Virus record (IMG/VR): IMGVR_UViG_3300006925_000010
Location: 1-64,000 of that record
Reading direction: 5' to 3' (one strand)
Origin: a virus
DNA length: 64,000 bases
In this document: positions 8,998 to 19,711 of the stretch, one piece after another
Layout: the number at the start of each line of letters is the position of its first letter
Numbering within the stretch: position 1 is the stretch's first letter
Program-made: the position numbers and the translations under genes
Notes under the pieces: generated by a model
Database searches by the model: none
Told to the model about the DNA's origin: nothing
The model's input: the letters and a program-made list of their open reading frames with translations, nothing else

Positions 8998-9299
8998 TGG
9001 CTACATATAAGAGAAATAGTTTTTTGCAAAATGCAACATACCGAGACAATCAATTTCTAGACGTAAATGTAGGTCTACCAAGCATTGGCAAAAGCATCAA
9101 TGACGAAACATTTGTAATAACACCTGAGTACGAAGAGAGGCCAGACAAACTAGCACATGTGCTATACGAATCATCTTCATTATGGTGGGTGTTTGCGGCA
9201 AGGAATCCGGATATTTTAAAAGATCCGTTGGGAGACTTTAAAGCAGGAACTACTATTAAGTTACCTGCGAGTACTTCTATACAGAATATAACAGGTTAA
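8997..9299 (+). CDS. LysM-like baseplate wedge protein (gp53 / tail X-like)
   Basis: ERPDKLA..LY....LWWVFA.RNP...DP...F.AG..I.LP motif. Confidence 0.8.
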   Translation: MATYKRNSFLQNATYRDNQFLDVNVGLPSIGKSINDETFVITPEYEERPDKLAHVLYESSSLWWVFAARNPDILKDPLGDFKAGTTIKLPASTSIQNITG

Positions 9300-9300
9300 T

Positions 9301-11658
9301 ATGGCCACAGATATACCTAAATATGATGACCCATACGTAGGCGAAGTTTACGGCAACGTTCTCGATAACTTTGCTAACTCTACTTATTACGCAAAATTAT
9401 ACATGCTTAGATCATCATTAAGCCTAGCCGCTCACTCTGGTGTTGCCTCTATAGACCCTTCTCTCACAGGACCGCCCGGAGATCAAGTAATACTTGCACA
9501 AACAGGTGTAACTGCCGCAACCATAGACGATATAACTATAGAGTCGCTAACAGCAACAGACGGTCCAAATGCTATTGAATTAAAATTTACTGTCAAGCAA
9601 CCAGGGGCGGCAACATTCTTAGACCAACTGGCTCTGTCAAGGTTATACTTAGATCAAAAGAATACTGCAATACCGGTGGTGTTTTTAGAAATAGGATTTA
9701 AAGGATATACTGGAGATTTCGAAGATGAAGACTCCGAAGAGTCTGGAAAATTCGAATCAGATATTGCTGGACCATATCGATGGAAGTTACACATAACAGA
9801 TGTTAATGTAGAAGTAAATCAAGGCGGTAGTCAGTACGACTTCACAGCAATACCATCGAAGAGCTATTCGTTTACTAGTCCGTTGTTTAAACTGCCAACA
9901 AACTTTGCATCGGTTGGTAAGACAATCACAGAACATGTAACCAGTTTGCAAGAGCAATTAAACACCTACCACAAAGACGTACCAGATCATGCAGTTGCAG
10001 ATGAAGTTGAGTTTGACTTAACTGGACTTATAGGCAGTGAATCAAATGAAGATGGTACAAATAAGGCAGGTAAAATTACCAATGAGGATTTATATACCAG
10101 TGCTGATCAAGATGCTGACGACAGAAATAGACTACTAAACGAAACTTATGCAATAGGCGATGCAGTTGAAGGAAGGCAAGCATTTGTTGATGCTCCATTA
10201 GACGAAGGTGAAGAACCTGAGCAAGTTTTTGATCAAGACAAAATCATGGTACCAAAAGATATAACCATAGAAAAATATTTTGCAATCCTGTTAAGCATGA
10301 ATGAGGAGTTTCATCAGAAAATTTCTAGAAAGGAAACACTTGATGATCCTGGTTCAGAAATTAAAAAAGGCGAGGCATACGTTTATTGGTTTAAAATGAC
10401 AGCCAATCTCGAACAACTTGGATGGGATAAGAAAAGAAACAAGTATGGCCACAAAGTAACGTTCAAACCAATACTATATAAAAGTTCAAGAGATGATATT
10501 ATAGTTGATGCCAAAGAAGCCGAGGTTCCTGCCAAAGATTACGAATCAAGAGCTCAGCAAATAGTTGAAAGCGGTGGACTCAAAAAAGCATACAATTATA
10601 TCTTCACAGGACTTAATGATCAAATAAAAAGTCTCGATATAAAATACGATAACGGTATAGCATTAATTCTGCCACCGTCTGGCGGAGCAATAGGTTCTGC
10701 GGCAGTAGTGTTAGCAGAAAAGGCAGGAACAATAAAAGCAGATGAGGATGTAACATTAGACGGTGTAGTAGAAAATCTAATAGAAGCCAAGAAAGAACAA
10801 AATGACAAAGACATATTCAAAGACTTCATGGACGGCATTAACAAACTAAAGGATCTTGCAGAGAACGGATTAAATGGTATTGTTGATCAGCTCACTGATG
10901 CCACAGGCCTAGACATTGGCATAATATCAGGCGCATTAAAAGACAACAACGAACAAAATCAACAGGCATTAGAAGCGGCATTAGATGCCGCCGACTTAAA
11001 GAAGTTAAGAGAACAAAACGAAATCAATAACCCAACCGTTGAATCGTTTGAAGAGTATACAGCAGAAATGAGCCAATACCATTATGCTGTAGATTTAACT
11101 AACCCAATGGAACAAAGTAATAGTATAACTGCTGACCAATTAGAAAAACTTGGATACTTAACAGTAAAGGAAGTTCAAGACGCAGGAGCCGAAATATTGC
11201 CTAAAACTACGGCCACTGATGCAAGTGGTAAAGACCCTGGCAGTGATGCCGCAACAATTAAAAAAGGTAGTGTTTCTAATACATTGTTTGGATTCATAGC
11301 AGGACAACATCAAGCAGACTTGGCGTTTATGTTAGAACTAGATATGACATTGAGAGGCGATCCGTGGTATTTAGGAAATGACGGAGATAAGTCTACTAAC
11401 GAAGCTCAAGCAAACTATTACGGCGATGATAATCACATATACCTAACTATACGCTCACCAAAAACATTCGATTTGGACTGGAGAGACGAAGATAGTGATA
11501 TAAATACTGGTTATTGGAGAGGCGACGGTCTGTCAAGATCATTTGGTGGAGTATATAGATTGATCAGTGTAGTAAATTCTTTCTCTGGTGGTGAATACAC
11601 ATGCGAAGTAAATGCCCAAAGAATAGTACCTCCGATACCTAAAGGAACAGCAACGTAA
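9301..11658 (+). CDS. Baseplate hub protein (gp27-like), large
   Basis: C-terminal LRGDPWYL and GVYRLISVVNSFSGGEYT; located between the LysM-like gene and the spike gene. Confidence 0.6.
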   Translation: MATDIPKYDDPYVGEVYGNVLDNFANSTYYAKLYMLRSSLSLAAHSGVASIDPSLTGPPGDQVILAQTGVTAATIDDITIESLTATDGPNAIELKFTVKQPGAATFLDQLALSRLYLDQKNTAIPVVFLEIGFKGYTGDFEDEDSEESGKFESDIAGPYRWKLHITDVNVEVNQGGSQYDFTAIPSKSYSFTSPLFKLPTNFASVGKTITEHVTSLQEQLNTYHKDVPDHAVADEVEFDLTGLIGSESNEDGTNKAGKITNEDLYTSADQDADDRNRLLNETYAIGDAVEGRQAFVDAPLDEGEEPEQVFDQDKIMVPKDITIEKYFAILLSMNEEFHQKISRKETLDDPGSEIKKGEAYVYWFKMTANLEQLGWDKKRNKYGHKVTFKPILYKSSRDDIIVDAKEAEVPAKDYESRAQQIVESGGLKKAYNYIFTGLNDQIKSLDIKYDNGIALILPPSGGAIGSAAVVLAEKAGTIKADEDVTLDGVVENLIEAKKEQNDKDIFKDFMDGINKLKDLAENGLNGIVDQLTDATGLDIGIISGALKDNNEQNQQALEAALDAADLKKLREQNEINNPTVESFEEYTAEMSQYHYAVDLTNPMEQSNSITADQLEKLGYLTVKEVQDAGAEILPKTTATDASGKDPGSDAATIKKGSVSNTLFGFIAGQHQADLAFMLELDMTLRGDPWYLGNDGDKSTNEAQANYYGDDNHIYLTIRSPKTFDLDWRDEDSDINTGYWRGDGLSRSFGGVYRLISVVNSFSGGEYTCEVNAQRIVPPIPKGTAT

Positions 11659-13088
11659 TGGCATATAATAGTAACAAACAAAATCAGAGAATGGACCAAG
11701 GCAAGTCCAAATACATTGCTAGTATTAGTAAACGTAATCTAAGTTTAATTTACCGGGCTGAAATTTGTAATGTTAAAGATCTAAGTAGATCAGGGCGATT
11801 TGAAGTGTTTATACCTGCACTAGATGGCAGTAGAGGTAATACTAACTCACATATACCTTGCACATATACATCACCATTTGCAGGTGGTACCAATGTAGAA
11901 GGACTAGGCTTAGATATCAAAGATCCAATTGGCACACAAAAAGCATATGGCATGTGGATGGTACCACCAGATGTAGGTAATGAAGTTCTTGTGGTATTTG
12001 CAGACGGTGTTGCCAGTCAGGCATGCATGATAAGTTGTATGTTCCCAGATAAATTAACACACATGGTACCTGGTATGCCAGCAGGAAAAAGTTATTCTGA
12101 TCCAAGTTTAATGATGCCTGTAGCAGAAAAGAATAGACGTGATGAAAAACCAACACACAACGATGCTGTTAGACCTGCACATTTAGACCTAGCAGAAGGA
12201 ATAACAGTTCAAGGATTGTTACAAGATCCTCTAAGAGGTGCAGGAACAAGCGGCTCAAGAAGAGAATCTCCAAGTGAAGTGTTTGGTATACTTACCCCTG
12301 GACCAAGAGATCCAAAAAACTTTAATAATAGACTAGGTGGACATCAGTTTATCATGGACGATAAACTAACAAATTCATTAATAAGACTTCGTACTAAGGG
12401 CGGAGTTCAAATACTGCTTGATGATACAACCGGCAGTATATACATGGTTAACAAACGTGGTAATGCGTGGTTTGAATTAAATGCAAACGGCGATATAAAC
12501 TTATTTGGACAAGGTTCTATAAACGTAAGATCAGAGCAAAACTTAAATTTACGAGCTGATAAAAATATTAATATTGAAGCAGGACAAAACGTAAACATGA
12601 AAGCCGCAGGTGACAGAAAAGCAGACGGGGACTATGCAGGCATTAATATATTAGGAGCATTGGGACTACCACCTAAAGGTATAGGTGGCAATATTAGATT
12701 TGAAGCGGCTGGCGAACTGTCAGGATTTGGTACTAGAAATGTGCAAATCACATCAGCAGGTGGAGACATAGACTTTAGTGCCGCAGGTAAGATTGCAAAT
12801 TCTGGTGCAAAGTTTGATGTATTTACAACAGGCATTTCTCAGACTTCTGGAGACGGAATTTCAATGATAACAACAGGTGCATTCCAGGCCATAGCGGCAA
12901 CAGGAGCAACATTAACTTCAGCGGCACCAGTGTCGTTGCTTGGTTCCACAGTATTACTAAACAGCGGCTCAGGAGCAATACCAATGCCAGCCATTCCGGC
13001 AGTACCGGCACCACAAATAGGCACAAACAAATTCAAAGATGCGGCGGCCAAGCCAGCAGAGTTTAAAAGACCTGAGGATGGAGAATAA
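11658..13088 (+). CDS. Central spike, gp5/VgrG-like (OB-fold and beta-helix)
   Basis: D..RSGR..VFIP, YGMWMVPPDVG.EVLV.F, GHQFIMDD, IRLRT.GG.QILLDD, then beta-helix repeats (NLNLRADKNINIEAG). Confidence 0.85.
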   Translation: MAYNSNKQNQRMDQGKSKYIASISKRNLSLIYRAEICNVKDLSRSGRFEVFIPALDGSRGNTNSHIPCTYTSPFAGGTNVEGLGLDIKDPIGTQKAYGMWMVPPDVGNEVLVVFADGVASQACMISCMFPDKLTHMVPGMPAGKSYSDPSLMMPVAEKNRRDEKPTHNDAVRPAHLDLAEGITVQGLLQDPLRGAGTSGSRRESPSEVFGILTPGPRDPKNFNNRLGGHQFIMDDKLTNSLIRLRTKGGVQILLDDTTGSIYMVNKRGNAWFELNANGDINLFGQGSINVRSEQNLNLRADKNINIEAGQNVNMKAAGDRKADGDYAGINILGALGLPPKGIGGNIRFEAAGELSGFGTRNVQITSAGGDIDFSAAGKIANSGAKFDVFTTGISQTSGDGISMITTGAFQAIAATGATLTSAAPVSLLGSTVLLNSGSGAIPMPAIPAVPAPQIGTNKFKDAAAKPAEFKRPEDGE

Positions 13089-13090
13089 GC

Positions 13091-14485
13091 ATGGCTGATC
13101 CAATTTATGAAAAAGATGTAGGCGATGTTCTAACACCAGAAGAATTGTATCGAGCGATGGGCGGCAAGTCTAATAATACCACTGAAGGCGAGGACGGCAC
13201 TGAAGATGTTTCTGGTGAAGAAAGTGGATCTCAATCTTTGGCTCCAACTGGAGGCTTACGAACAGGAAAAATAGACGAGATAGATTCTATTTGCCAAACA
13301 ACATTAACCAGTGAACCGTATATAGGCCATGCAACAGCAGATCCTGTTAACGACTCAGCAAAAGAGCCAGCACAAGATCCCGCAGTAGAAGAATCACTGA
13401 ATCCAGCCTCTTCAAGTAACGAAGATGGTAAACCAGATGATGTACAAACAACAGAAGGCAGTAACGTAGGTGCAGGGTTCGTGGACAAGGCCGGCAATGC
13501 CATAGCATTATCTAGTAGTGCAATTCAATCAGCATCAGGTACACTTTCTGAAGGCCTCTCAACTGCTAATGGCATAATGCAGGACCCAGCAGGTGCGGCG
13601 GCTGGTGCTCTTACTGATGCCTTAGGCGGCAATCCTGTGTATGACGAAGCATTAGGAATTCTTAATAATTTTAACACAATGAATGCTGAGAAGTTAGTAG
13701 AAATAATGGGACTAGGAGGGATGATTGCTGGAATTAAAGCGGCATTACCACCAATAAGATTCCCTACATCAAATGCACTAATGGAAAAAATAATAGGCTT
13801 ACAAAAAGAACTATCAGCATTACAGGCTCAACTTAATCAATTTGGTTTAGATAAGTTAGGCTTTGACTTAGACTTACTGTCAGCAGATATGCAAAATATG
13901 AAGGGTTTAATTAACGATGCAATAGCAGTCGCCAAAGACGGGCAGGACTTAATAAACATTTTAAAAGAAAACGGAATCACAATGCCAGTTGATGGTGAAC
14001 GAATTTTTGAAGATGCATTTGGTAATAAACTAGTAGATTTTAGTGCTGGTTTAGGTCCAGTAGGTGCAACGTTAGGTTTAATCACAGACATGAATAAAAC
14101 ATATAATACCATAGCAGATGATATTGATGTACCTTTACATGAGAATGGCAGACTTGCAATTACCAGTTTTGCTCAAAGTGTGGGTCCTGAAGTTTTTGCT
14201 GGAAGCAGAGTCAGAGACTTCATTAATGCTGGTAGAAATGATTTGGTTGGCAGAGAAATGCAAAAATGGGTACTGAATAGACCAGGTGGTACAGTAGACC
14301 CAGTATTAGTAGGAAGAAGACAATACGAATCTCAATTTTTTCAAACTCCAGATGAAATGGAGATTAACTTTGGAGAATTAGCAGACGGTGGAACTACATG
14401 GGCCGAGTTAGCATACATGCTTAAAAGACAACGTGAAGAGTTCTATGTCAAGAAGACTTCTGAAGATGGACCAGCAGACAGTTAA
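13091..14485 (+). CDS. gp5 C-terminal partner with a degenerate phage-lysozyme-like domain
   Basis: SIC...TSEPYIGH motif, acidic linkers, and C-terminal AITSFAQSVG...FINAG...EMQKWV...LVGRRQYESQFF resembling the GH24 lysozyme C-lobe. Confidence 0.6.
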   Translation: MADPIYEKDVGDVLTPEELYRAMGGKSNNTTEGEDGTEDVSGEESGSQSLAPTGGLRTGKIDEIDSICQTTLTSEPYIGHATADPVNDSAKEPAQDPAVEESLNPASSSNEDGKPDDVQTTEGSNVGAGFVDKAGNAIALSSSAIQSASGTLSEGLSTANGIMQDPAGAAAGALTDALGGNPVYDEALGILNNFNTMNAEKLVEIMGLGGMIAGIKAALPPIRFPTSNALMEKIIGLQKELSALQAQLNQFGLDKLGFDLDLLSADMQNMKGLINDAIAVAKDGQDLINILKENGITMPVDGERIFEDAFGNKLVDFSAGLGPVGATLGLITDMNKTYNTIADDIDVPLHENGRLAITSFAQSVGPEVFAGSRVRDFINAGRNDLVGREMQKWVLNRPGGTVDPVLVGRRQYESQFFQTPDEMEINFGELADGGTTWAELAYMLKRQREEFYVKKTSEDGPADS

Positions 14486-14487
14486 TC

Positions 14488-14652
14488 TTACTTTTCGTTG
14501 ATTTTCTGTGTAAGTTCGTTAATTCTTTTATAAGCATTATATTTCATTTCTTGCTCATTAGCAACTTCTTGCTCTAAGATTTTAACTCTACTTTCCAGAT
14601 TCAATGCCATCTTTCTATAAACTTCTGCTTCTGTGTTTTCATGATTAGGCAT
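14488..14652 (-). CDS. Small coiled-coil hypothetical protein (54 aa)
   Basis: MPNHENTEAEVYRKMALNLESRVKILEQEVANEQEMKYNAYKRINELTQKINEK; TAAATA 5 nt upstream of the ATG. Confidence 0.65.
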   Translation of the reverse strand: MPNHENTEAEVYRKMALNLESRVKILEQEVANEQEMKYNAYKRINELTQKINEK

Positions 14653-14696
14653 ACATATATTTACATAACTTATGTAAAATCCTATAGAATATAGGT

Positions 14697-14719
14697 AAAA
14701 AAGGGCAGTTGCCTGCCCT
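14697..14719 (-). terminator. Rho-independent terminator
   Basis: AGGGCAG/CTGCCCT stem followed by a T-run on the minus strand, just after the 14724 stop. Confidence 0.8.
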
Positions 14720-14723
14720 CTAT

Positions 14724-14966
14724 CTAGCCGGTTACCATCTTTCGCATTTCTGCAAATTCTGGTGGCACAACTTTGGAGTTGTATCGAAAATTACCAACAA
14801 GATTGATTGTATTAAACAAACAATACTTCTTGGATTTTGCATCATAGATGCCAAAGGTAACATAACGTTTTTTAGATTCGTAAATCTTAATAAAACTAGC
14901 ACCATTTCGATTACGTTCTTCCGCATGTGCCCAAATATCATTGAACACGTTAGAAAGGTGACGCAT
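14724..14966 (-). CDS. Hypothetical protein (80 aa)
   Basis: AAGGGG RBS, its own terminator, and TTGACT about 100 bp upstream. Confidence 0.7.
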   Translation of the reverse strand: MRHLSNVFNDIWAHAEERNRNGASFIKIYESKKRYVTFGIYDAKSKKYCLFNTINLVGNFRYNSKVVPPEFAEMRKMVTG

Positions 14967-15119
14967 TTCTATCCCCTTTTCGTTAATTTTAGGGAGTAAC
15001 TACTAAAGTTACGGTATCACACAATGTATGTGCTTATATGTATTTAAACATAATACATGCATTTAGTCAACCTTTTTGGTAAAATAAAACCCATTATATT
15101 GATTCTGATAAATAACAGT

Positions 15120-15494
15120 ATGGCTAGATTAATAGGGTTCAGTACAGTAGATAAAGGTAAAGCACCGTTTCGTGTGCTTGGCAAAGAATGTGTGCTAAGA
15201 GATTTACAAAACGAGTTCTACACTAAGAAAGGTGAACGCCCAATGAGACCAAGTTTTGGTTGCATTATTTGGGACTTGCTTATGGACCCAGCAACTGGAG
15301 AAGTTGAAAAACTTGCCAAAGAAGATATACAACGAATTTTAAAAAGAGACCCTAGGGTAGCAGAGAAAAAAGTTAAGGTAATTGTACTAGATAATTCGAT
15401 TAGTGCAGAGGTTGTAATTGATGTTATTCCGTTCAACTCGGTAGAAACATTATTCCTAACTTATAATCAGCAAATAGAAGAAGGTATTAGTTAA
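15120..15494 (+). CDS. Baseplate wedge subunit (T4 gp25-like)
   Basis: T.KGERPMRPSFG..IWDLLMDP...I..DPRV. The start is more likely ATG 15120 (MARLIGFST), 5 nt after TAAATA. Confidence 0.9.
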   Translation: MARLIGFSTVDKGKAPFRVLGKECVLRDLQNEFYTKKGERPMRPSFGCIIWDLLMDPATGEVEKLAKEDIQRILKRDPRVAEKKVKVIVLDNSISAEVVIDVIPFNSVETLFLTYNQQIEEGIS

Positions 15495-18400
15495 TGGCTC
15501 AAAATAGACAAAACAACTTATTTGCCGCTGAAGATTGGAAAATAGCCTATAAGGCATACAGCGAAGTAAATTATCAAGCATACGACTTTGACACCATGCG
15601 TGGAGCAATGGTAGATTATGTTAAAACAAATTTCCCTGAAAATTTTAATGACTATATTGAAAGTTCAGAGTTTATTGCTATCATAGAACTATTAGCATAT
15701 CTATCGCAATCACTTGCATTTAGAATGGATATTAACACCAGGGAGAACTTTTTAGAAACAGCAGAAAGAAAAGACTCAGTATTTAAACTAGCAAGAATGT
15801 TAGGATACAATCCTAAAAGAAATATTCCAGCAAGTGGTTTAATGAAAATAACTAGCATTAAAACCTCTGAGCAACTTACAGACAGTTTAGGTAGAAATCT
15901 AAGTAGCAGAATAGTTTACTGGGACGATGCAAACAATCCAGACAGTTATGAACAGTTTATAACAATTTTAAATTCTGCAATGAGCAGTACTAATAGATTT
16001 TCTTCACCAATTAAAGCCGGCGCAGTTAATGGCATACCAACCGACTTGTATCAAATAAATACACCTATCAACTCTCCGATAAGTTATAACAATTCAGTGA
16101 GCGTAGGCGGAGTTAACAAGCAAATTGGTATTGTCAATCCAGATTTTACAGACAACAGTCATTTCTTTGAAAGACATCCTGATCCAACAAACTTATTTAA
16201 TTTGATTTATAGGAATGACGGCAAAGGCAATAACAGTAAAAATACAGGTTTCTTTGTTATGTTTAGACAAGGACAACTAGAGTCAGCAGATTTTAACTTT
16301 ACATCACCTATTGAAAGTAGAGTGCAAGATATTCTTGTTAGTAATATAAATGAGACTGATGTATATTTACAAGAAGTAAACAGCAACGGACAAGTATTAA
16401 ACAAGTGGGAAAAAATTCCTAACACAGTTGGTCAAACATTAAACTACAACAGCAAGAGTTTAGATACAAGAAATTTATATTCAGTAGAGAATGTAGGAGA
16501 CAGTAATGGTATTAGATTACGTTTTCCCGATGGTGAATTTGGAAACGTACCTGTAGGAATTTACAGAACATGGTATAGAGCAAGTGACCCGTCAAGATAT
16601 ACAATTAGTCCAGAAGAAGCAAAAGGTTTAAACATATCAATACCTTACACAAATGCCGCAGGCAAGCAACACCGATTAACAATAACATATAGTTTACAGT
16701 ACAAAGTAGGCAATAGTTCGCCGCCAGAAAGTTTAGCGGCAATCAAAGACAGAGCACCTAAGACATTCTATACACAAAATAGAATGGTGTCAGCACAAGA
16801 TTATAATGTGTTTCCAGAAACACAAAGTTCTAATGTTACAAAAATAAAAGCAATTAATAGAACACATTCTGGACACAGTCGCTATATAGACATTAACGAC
16901 CCAACAGGTACATATCACAATATTGATACGTTTGCCGATGATGCATTTATATATTCTAACAACACAAACTATACGCAAGAAATTATTGTTAACGATGCTA
17001 CAACGGCTTTAGAAGTTGTTTCGAGTATTATACCTAACGCACTAAAAGATAGAAAAGTAAATAATTTTGTTTACTATAGAATGAGAAATGCATGGACTAA
17101 TGCATCAACCGGTGGGTCTTATGCAAACTTTAGATTTCAAACACAAGATCAAGTTGTTTGGAATCCTCTTCCTTTAACAGACACCAGTAAGTCAGGATAT
17201 ATCAGTGAAGAATTTACTGATGGAAATAGGAATGTATTAATCAATACATTAACTGCAACAGCAATGTTTAAAGAAAACACATTCTTAAAATTTGTTGATC
17301 CATCAGACTCAATTGGTGGTTCTAAATGGGTAAGAATAGTAAACATAGAAAATGCAGGGCAATTGAGTGCTGGATTAAGTACCAGTATAGGACCAATAAC
17401 ACTAAGTGAAGATGTTAATGCTCTCTGGGAAGTTAAAGAAGTTATAGTATCTATGAGGAAATTATTTTTTCCTAGTGAGATATCTGGAAGTAATGGCATC
17501 GAAACAGCCATTAAGAACAGAGAAACATTTGGTATAGGGTATAACTTACTCAATGATACATGGTATAAAATACCTGGCTCAGAGCTAACAACAGCCGCAA
17601 AAACAGGTTCATATAGTTTAGATTCTTTAAATGCAGGCCCAAACAGTTGGGTTATACTCATGGAGTATAGTGCTATTGATGTTAATAACTACAAGTATAA
17701 AATGACGATTCGTGGCAACGAATATGTTGTACAAAGTGAATCAGACCTTAAATTTTACAATGTTAAATCAGTTAAAACATTAGGAAGTGATAATAAAAGT
17801 AACAAAGATACCGTTATCATAACCAGCACAAATACAAAGCCAGGTACATCAGAAACATTTGAGTGGAGCGGCATAAAGTGGGTAAATTCAGAAGTAGGAC
17901 TTGCTATAGAACCAATTGGTTTAGCAATCAACATTCCATTGAGGACTAGAGACACTAAGGCAGTAGACGTAGATACGCAATGGGTAAGTAACTTTGGGAT
18001 AATGAAAACATCAGGAACAACAGTTGCTGATCAGGTTGCATACAATAGATATGTAGAAGAAGCAGTCATAACATTAAACACTTTCCATCAAGCAGGTGGC
18101 ATAACAGCAGAGACAAATGTTGTTATAGCAAACAACATGGGTACCATACAAAGTTTGCCTAGCAAAATTACTATACCGTTTAACAGCACAACATTTGGTT
18201 CAAACTTTGTTGATACGTCTGAAGCAATACCGTACATTATATATAGACAAGTACCTAATGGGTTAAGTCTAGGTGCAGAGAAAATATTTAGAGCAAATGC
18301 ACAAGTTGTTACTGCAAACGGAGTATCAGGAACAGGCGCAGGCTTAGACGATACAGTTAAATCTTGGGGCACAGACGGAGCAAACCAAGATAGCTCACCA

Positions 18401-19708
18401 GACTTAGGAAGATTGTTTTTAAAATCATACGATACAGTAACAGGTGTAGGAAAATTAGAATACACAAGAGTACAAAATGGAGACTACCATTATTCCAGAG
18501 ACGGTTCTGCAAACCCTCCTTACAGAGATAAACTAGTCATACATTACGAGAATAGTAATGAAAAATTAGATAGGCCAATAGAATGGGAAGTAGTCGACAG
18601 TTTTAAAGAGACCGACGGATACACTGATAACAGAAAGATTGTTGTTGCTCCATTAGATACCGATAATGATTTAGTACCAGATAGACCAATACAGTTCCTA
18701 GAATATGTAGATGCAACAGACTATGTGTTCTTTGAGTATTATACAGATTTTGATGGTTATAGATATGATAAGCCGTGTAGCGGAATCATATACGACTACC
18801 GTAGAGAAGAAAGTTTAGATATTGATGATACTAGAGATATAATCTCACCAACTTCTTACAGAAAAGAAAGCAAGTTGAGTACTGCTAAATGGATTGTTGT
18901 TAAAAATAAAACAGTAGCACTACAGTTTGAAAACTTAGTTAACAGTAAAGGATTAATTGTAACTACTGCTGACGATATGAAAACATATCAACTAACACCG
19001 CTGAGTACAGTATCAACACAAATTAAATTAAGTGAAACAACTGATTACTTTGTTAAAAACGGAAGAGGCAGAACACAAAATACTGCCGCACCGTTTGTAG
19101 CACCCGGCACTATACGTTGGAATCATGTCGCACCTAGTGACGTGAGAATTGATCCAAGTATTAGCAACATTGTAGAAATGGTTGTGCTAACCACAAGTTA
19201 TTACACAGAAGTAAGAGAATGGCAAGCAAGACCTATTAGTACTTTCCCACTAGAGCCAACAAGTGATCAATTATCATCAGAGTTCTCAGGCCTTAACACA
19301 TACAAAAGTGCTAGTGACAGCCTAGTGTATAGAAGTGCTAAGTTTAAATTACTATTTGGTTCAACTGCTGACGAAACTTATCAAGCAAGATTTAAGATTG
19401 TTAAACTATCTGATCAAATTAGTGATAACGAATTGAAAGCACAAGTAATTAATGCTATTAATACATACTTCAATGTAGCAAATTGGGAATTTGGTGAGTC
19501 GTTTTACTTTACAGAATTAAGCTCGTACATACATCAAAGACTAGGTAGCAACATAGGAAGTATTGTTATATTACCTAAAAATACTGCTGGTAAATTTGGA
19601 GAAATGTTCCAAGTAAAAGCAGAGCCTAACGAATTGTTTATTAGTACAGCAACAGTTAATGATATTGAAATCGTAAGTAGATTAGACAACCAAACACTAG
19701 GATCATAA
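15494..19708 (+). CDS. Baseplate wedge subunit (T4 gp6-like), enlarged
   Basis: YDFDTMR...PENFNDYIESSE...ENFLETAER..SV..LA..LGY, F.DG.FG..P, ES...IK..AP..FYTQNRMVSAQDY; follows gp25. Confidence 0.9.
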   Translation: MAQNRQNNLFAAEDWKIAYKAYSEVNYQAYDFDTMRGAMVDYVKTNFPENFNDYIESSEFIAIIELLAYLSQSLAFRMDINTRENFLETAERKDSVFKLARMLGYNPKRNIPASGLMKITSIKTSEQLTDSLGRNLSSRIVYWDDANNPDSYEQFITILNSAMSSTNRFSSPIKAGAVNGIPTDLYQINTPINSPISYNNSVSVGGVNKQIGIVNPDFTDNSHFFERHPDPTNLFNLIYRNDGKGNNSKNTGFFVMFRQGQLESADFNFTSPIESRVQDILVSNINETDVYLQEVNSNGQVLNKWEKIPNTVGQTLNYNSKSLDTRNLYSVENVGDSNGIRLRFPDGEFGNVPVGIYRTWYRASDPSRYTISPEEAKGLNISIPYTNAAGKQHRLTITYSLQYKVGNSSPPESLAAIKDRAPKTFYTQNRMVSAQDYNVFPETQSSNVTKIKAINRTHSGHSRYIDINDPTGTYHNIDTFADDAFIYSNNTNYTQEIIVNDATTALEVVSSIIPNALKDRKVNNFVYYRMRNAWTNASTGGSYANFRFQTQDQVVWNPLPLTDTSKSGYISEEFTDGNRNVLINTLTATAMFKENTFLKFVDPSDSIGGSKWVRIVNIENAGQLSAGLSTSIGPITLSEDVNALWEVKEVIVSMRKLFFPSEISGSNGIETAIKNRETFGIGYNLLNDTWYKIPGSELTTAAKTGSYSLDSLNAGPNSWVILMEYSAIDVNNYKYKMTIRGNEYVVQSESDLKFYNVKSVKTLGSDNKSNKDTVIITSTNTKPGTSETFEWSGIKWVNSEVGLAIEPIGLAINIPLRTRDTKAVDVDTQWVSNFGIMKTSGTTVADQVAYNRYVEEAVITLNTFHQAGGITAETNVVIANNMGTIQSLPSKITIPFNSTTFGSNFVDTSEAIPYIIYRQVPNGLSLGAEKIFRANAQVVTANGVSGTGAGLDDTVKSWGTDGANQDSSPDLGRLFLKSYDTVTGVGKLEYTRVQNGDYHYSRDGSANPPYRDKLVIHYENSNEKLDRPIEWEVVDSFKETDGYTDNRKIVVAPLDTDNDLVPDRPIQFLEYVDATDYVFFEYYTDFDGYRYDKPCSGIIYDYRREESLDIDDTRDIISPTSYRKESKLSTAKWIVVKNKTVALQFENLVNSKGLIVTTADDMKTYQLTPLSTVSTQIKLSETTDYFVKNGRGRTQNTAAPFVAPGTIRWNHVAPSDVRIDPSISNIVEMVVLTTSYYTEVREWQARPISTFPLEPTSDQLSSEFSGLNTYKSASDSLVYRSAKFKLLFGSTADETYQARFKIVKLSDQISDNELKAQVINAINTYFNVANWEFGESFYFTELSSYIHQRLGSNIGSIVILPKNTAGKFGEMFQVKAEPNELFISTATVNDIEIVSRLDNQTLGS

Positions 19709-19711
19709 TAA

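Noticed and set aside
15057-15119. Upstream starts given in the track for gp25 (and likewise 43670 and 60703)
   Set aside because: The extensions run through promoter or hairpin sequence; downstream ATGs at 15120, 43685 and 60736 fit better.
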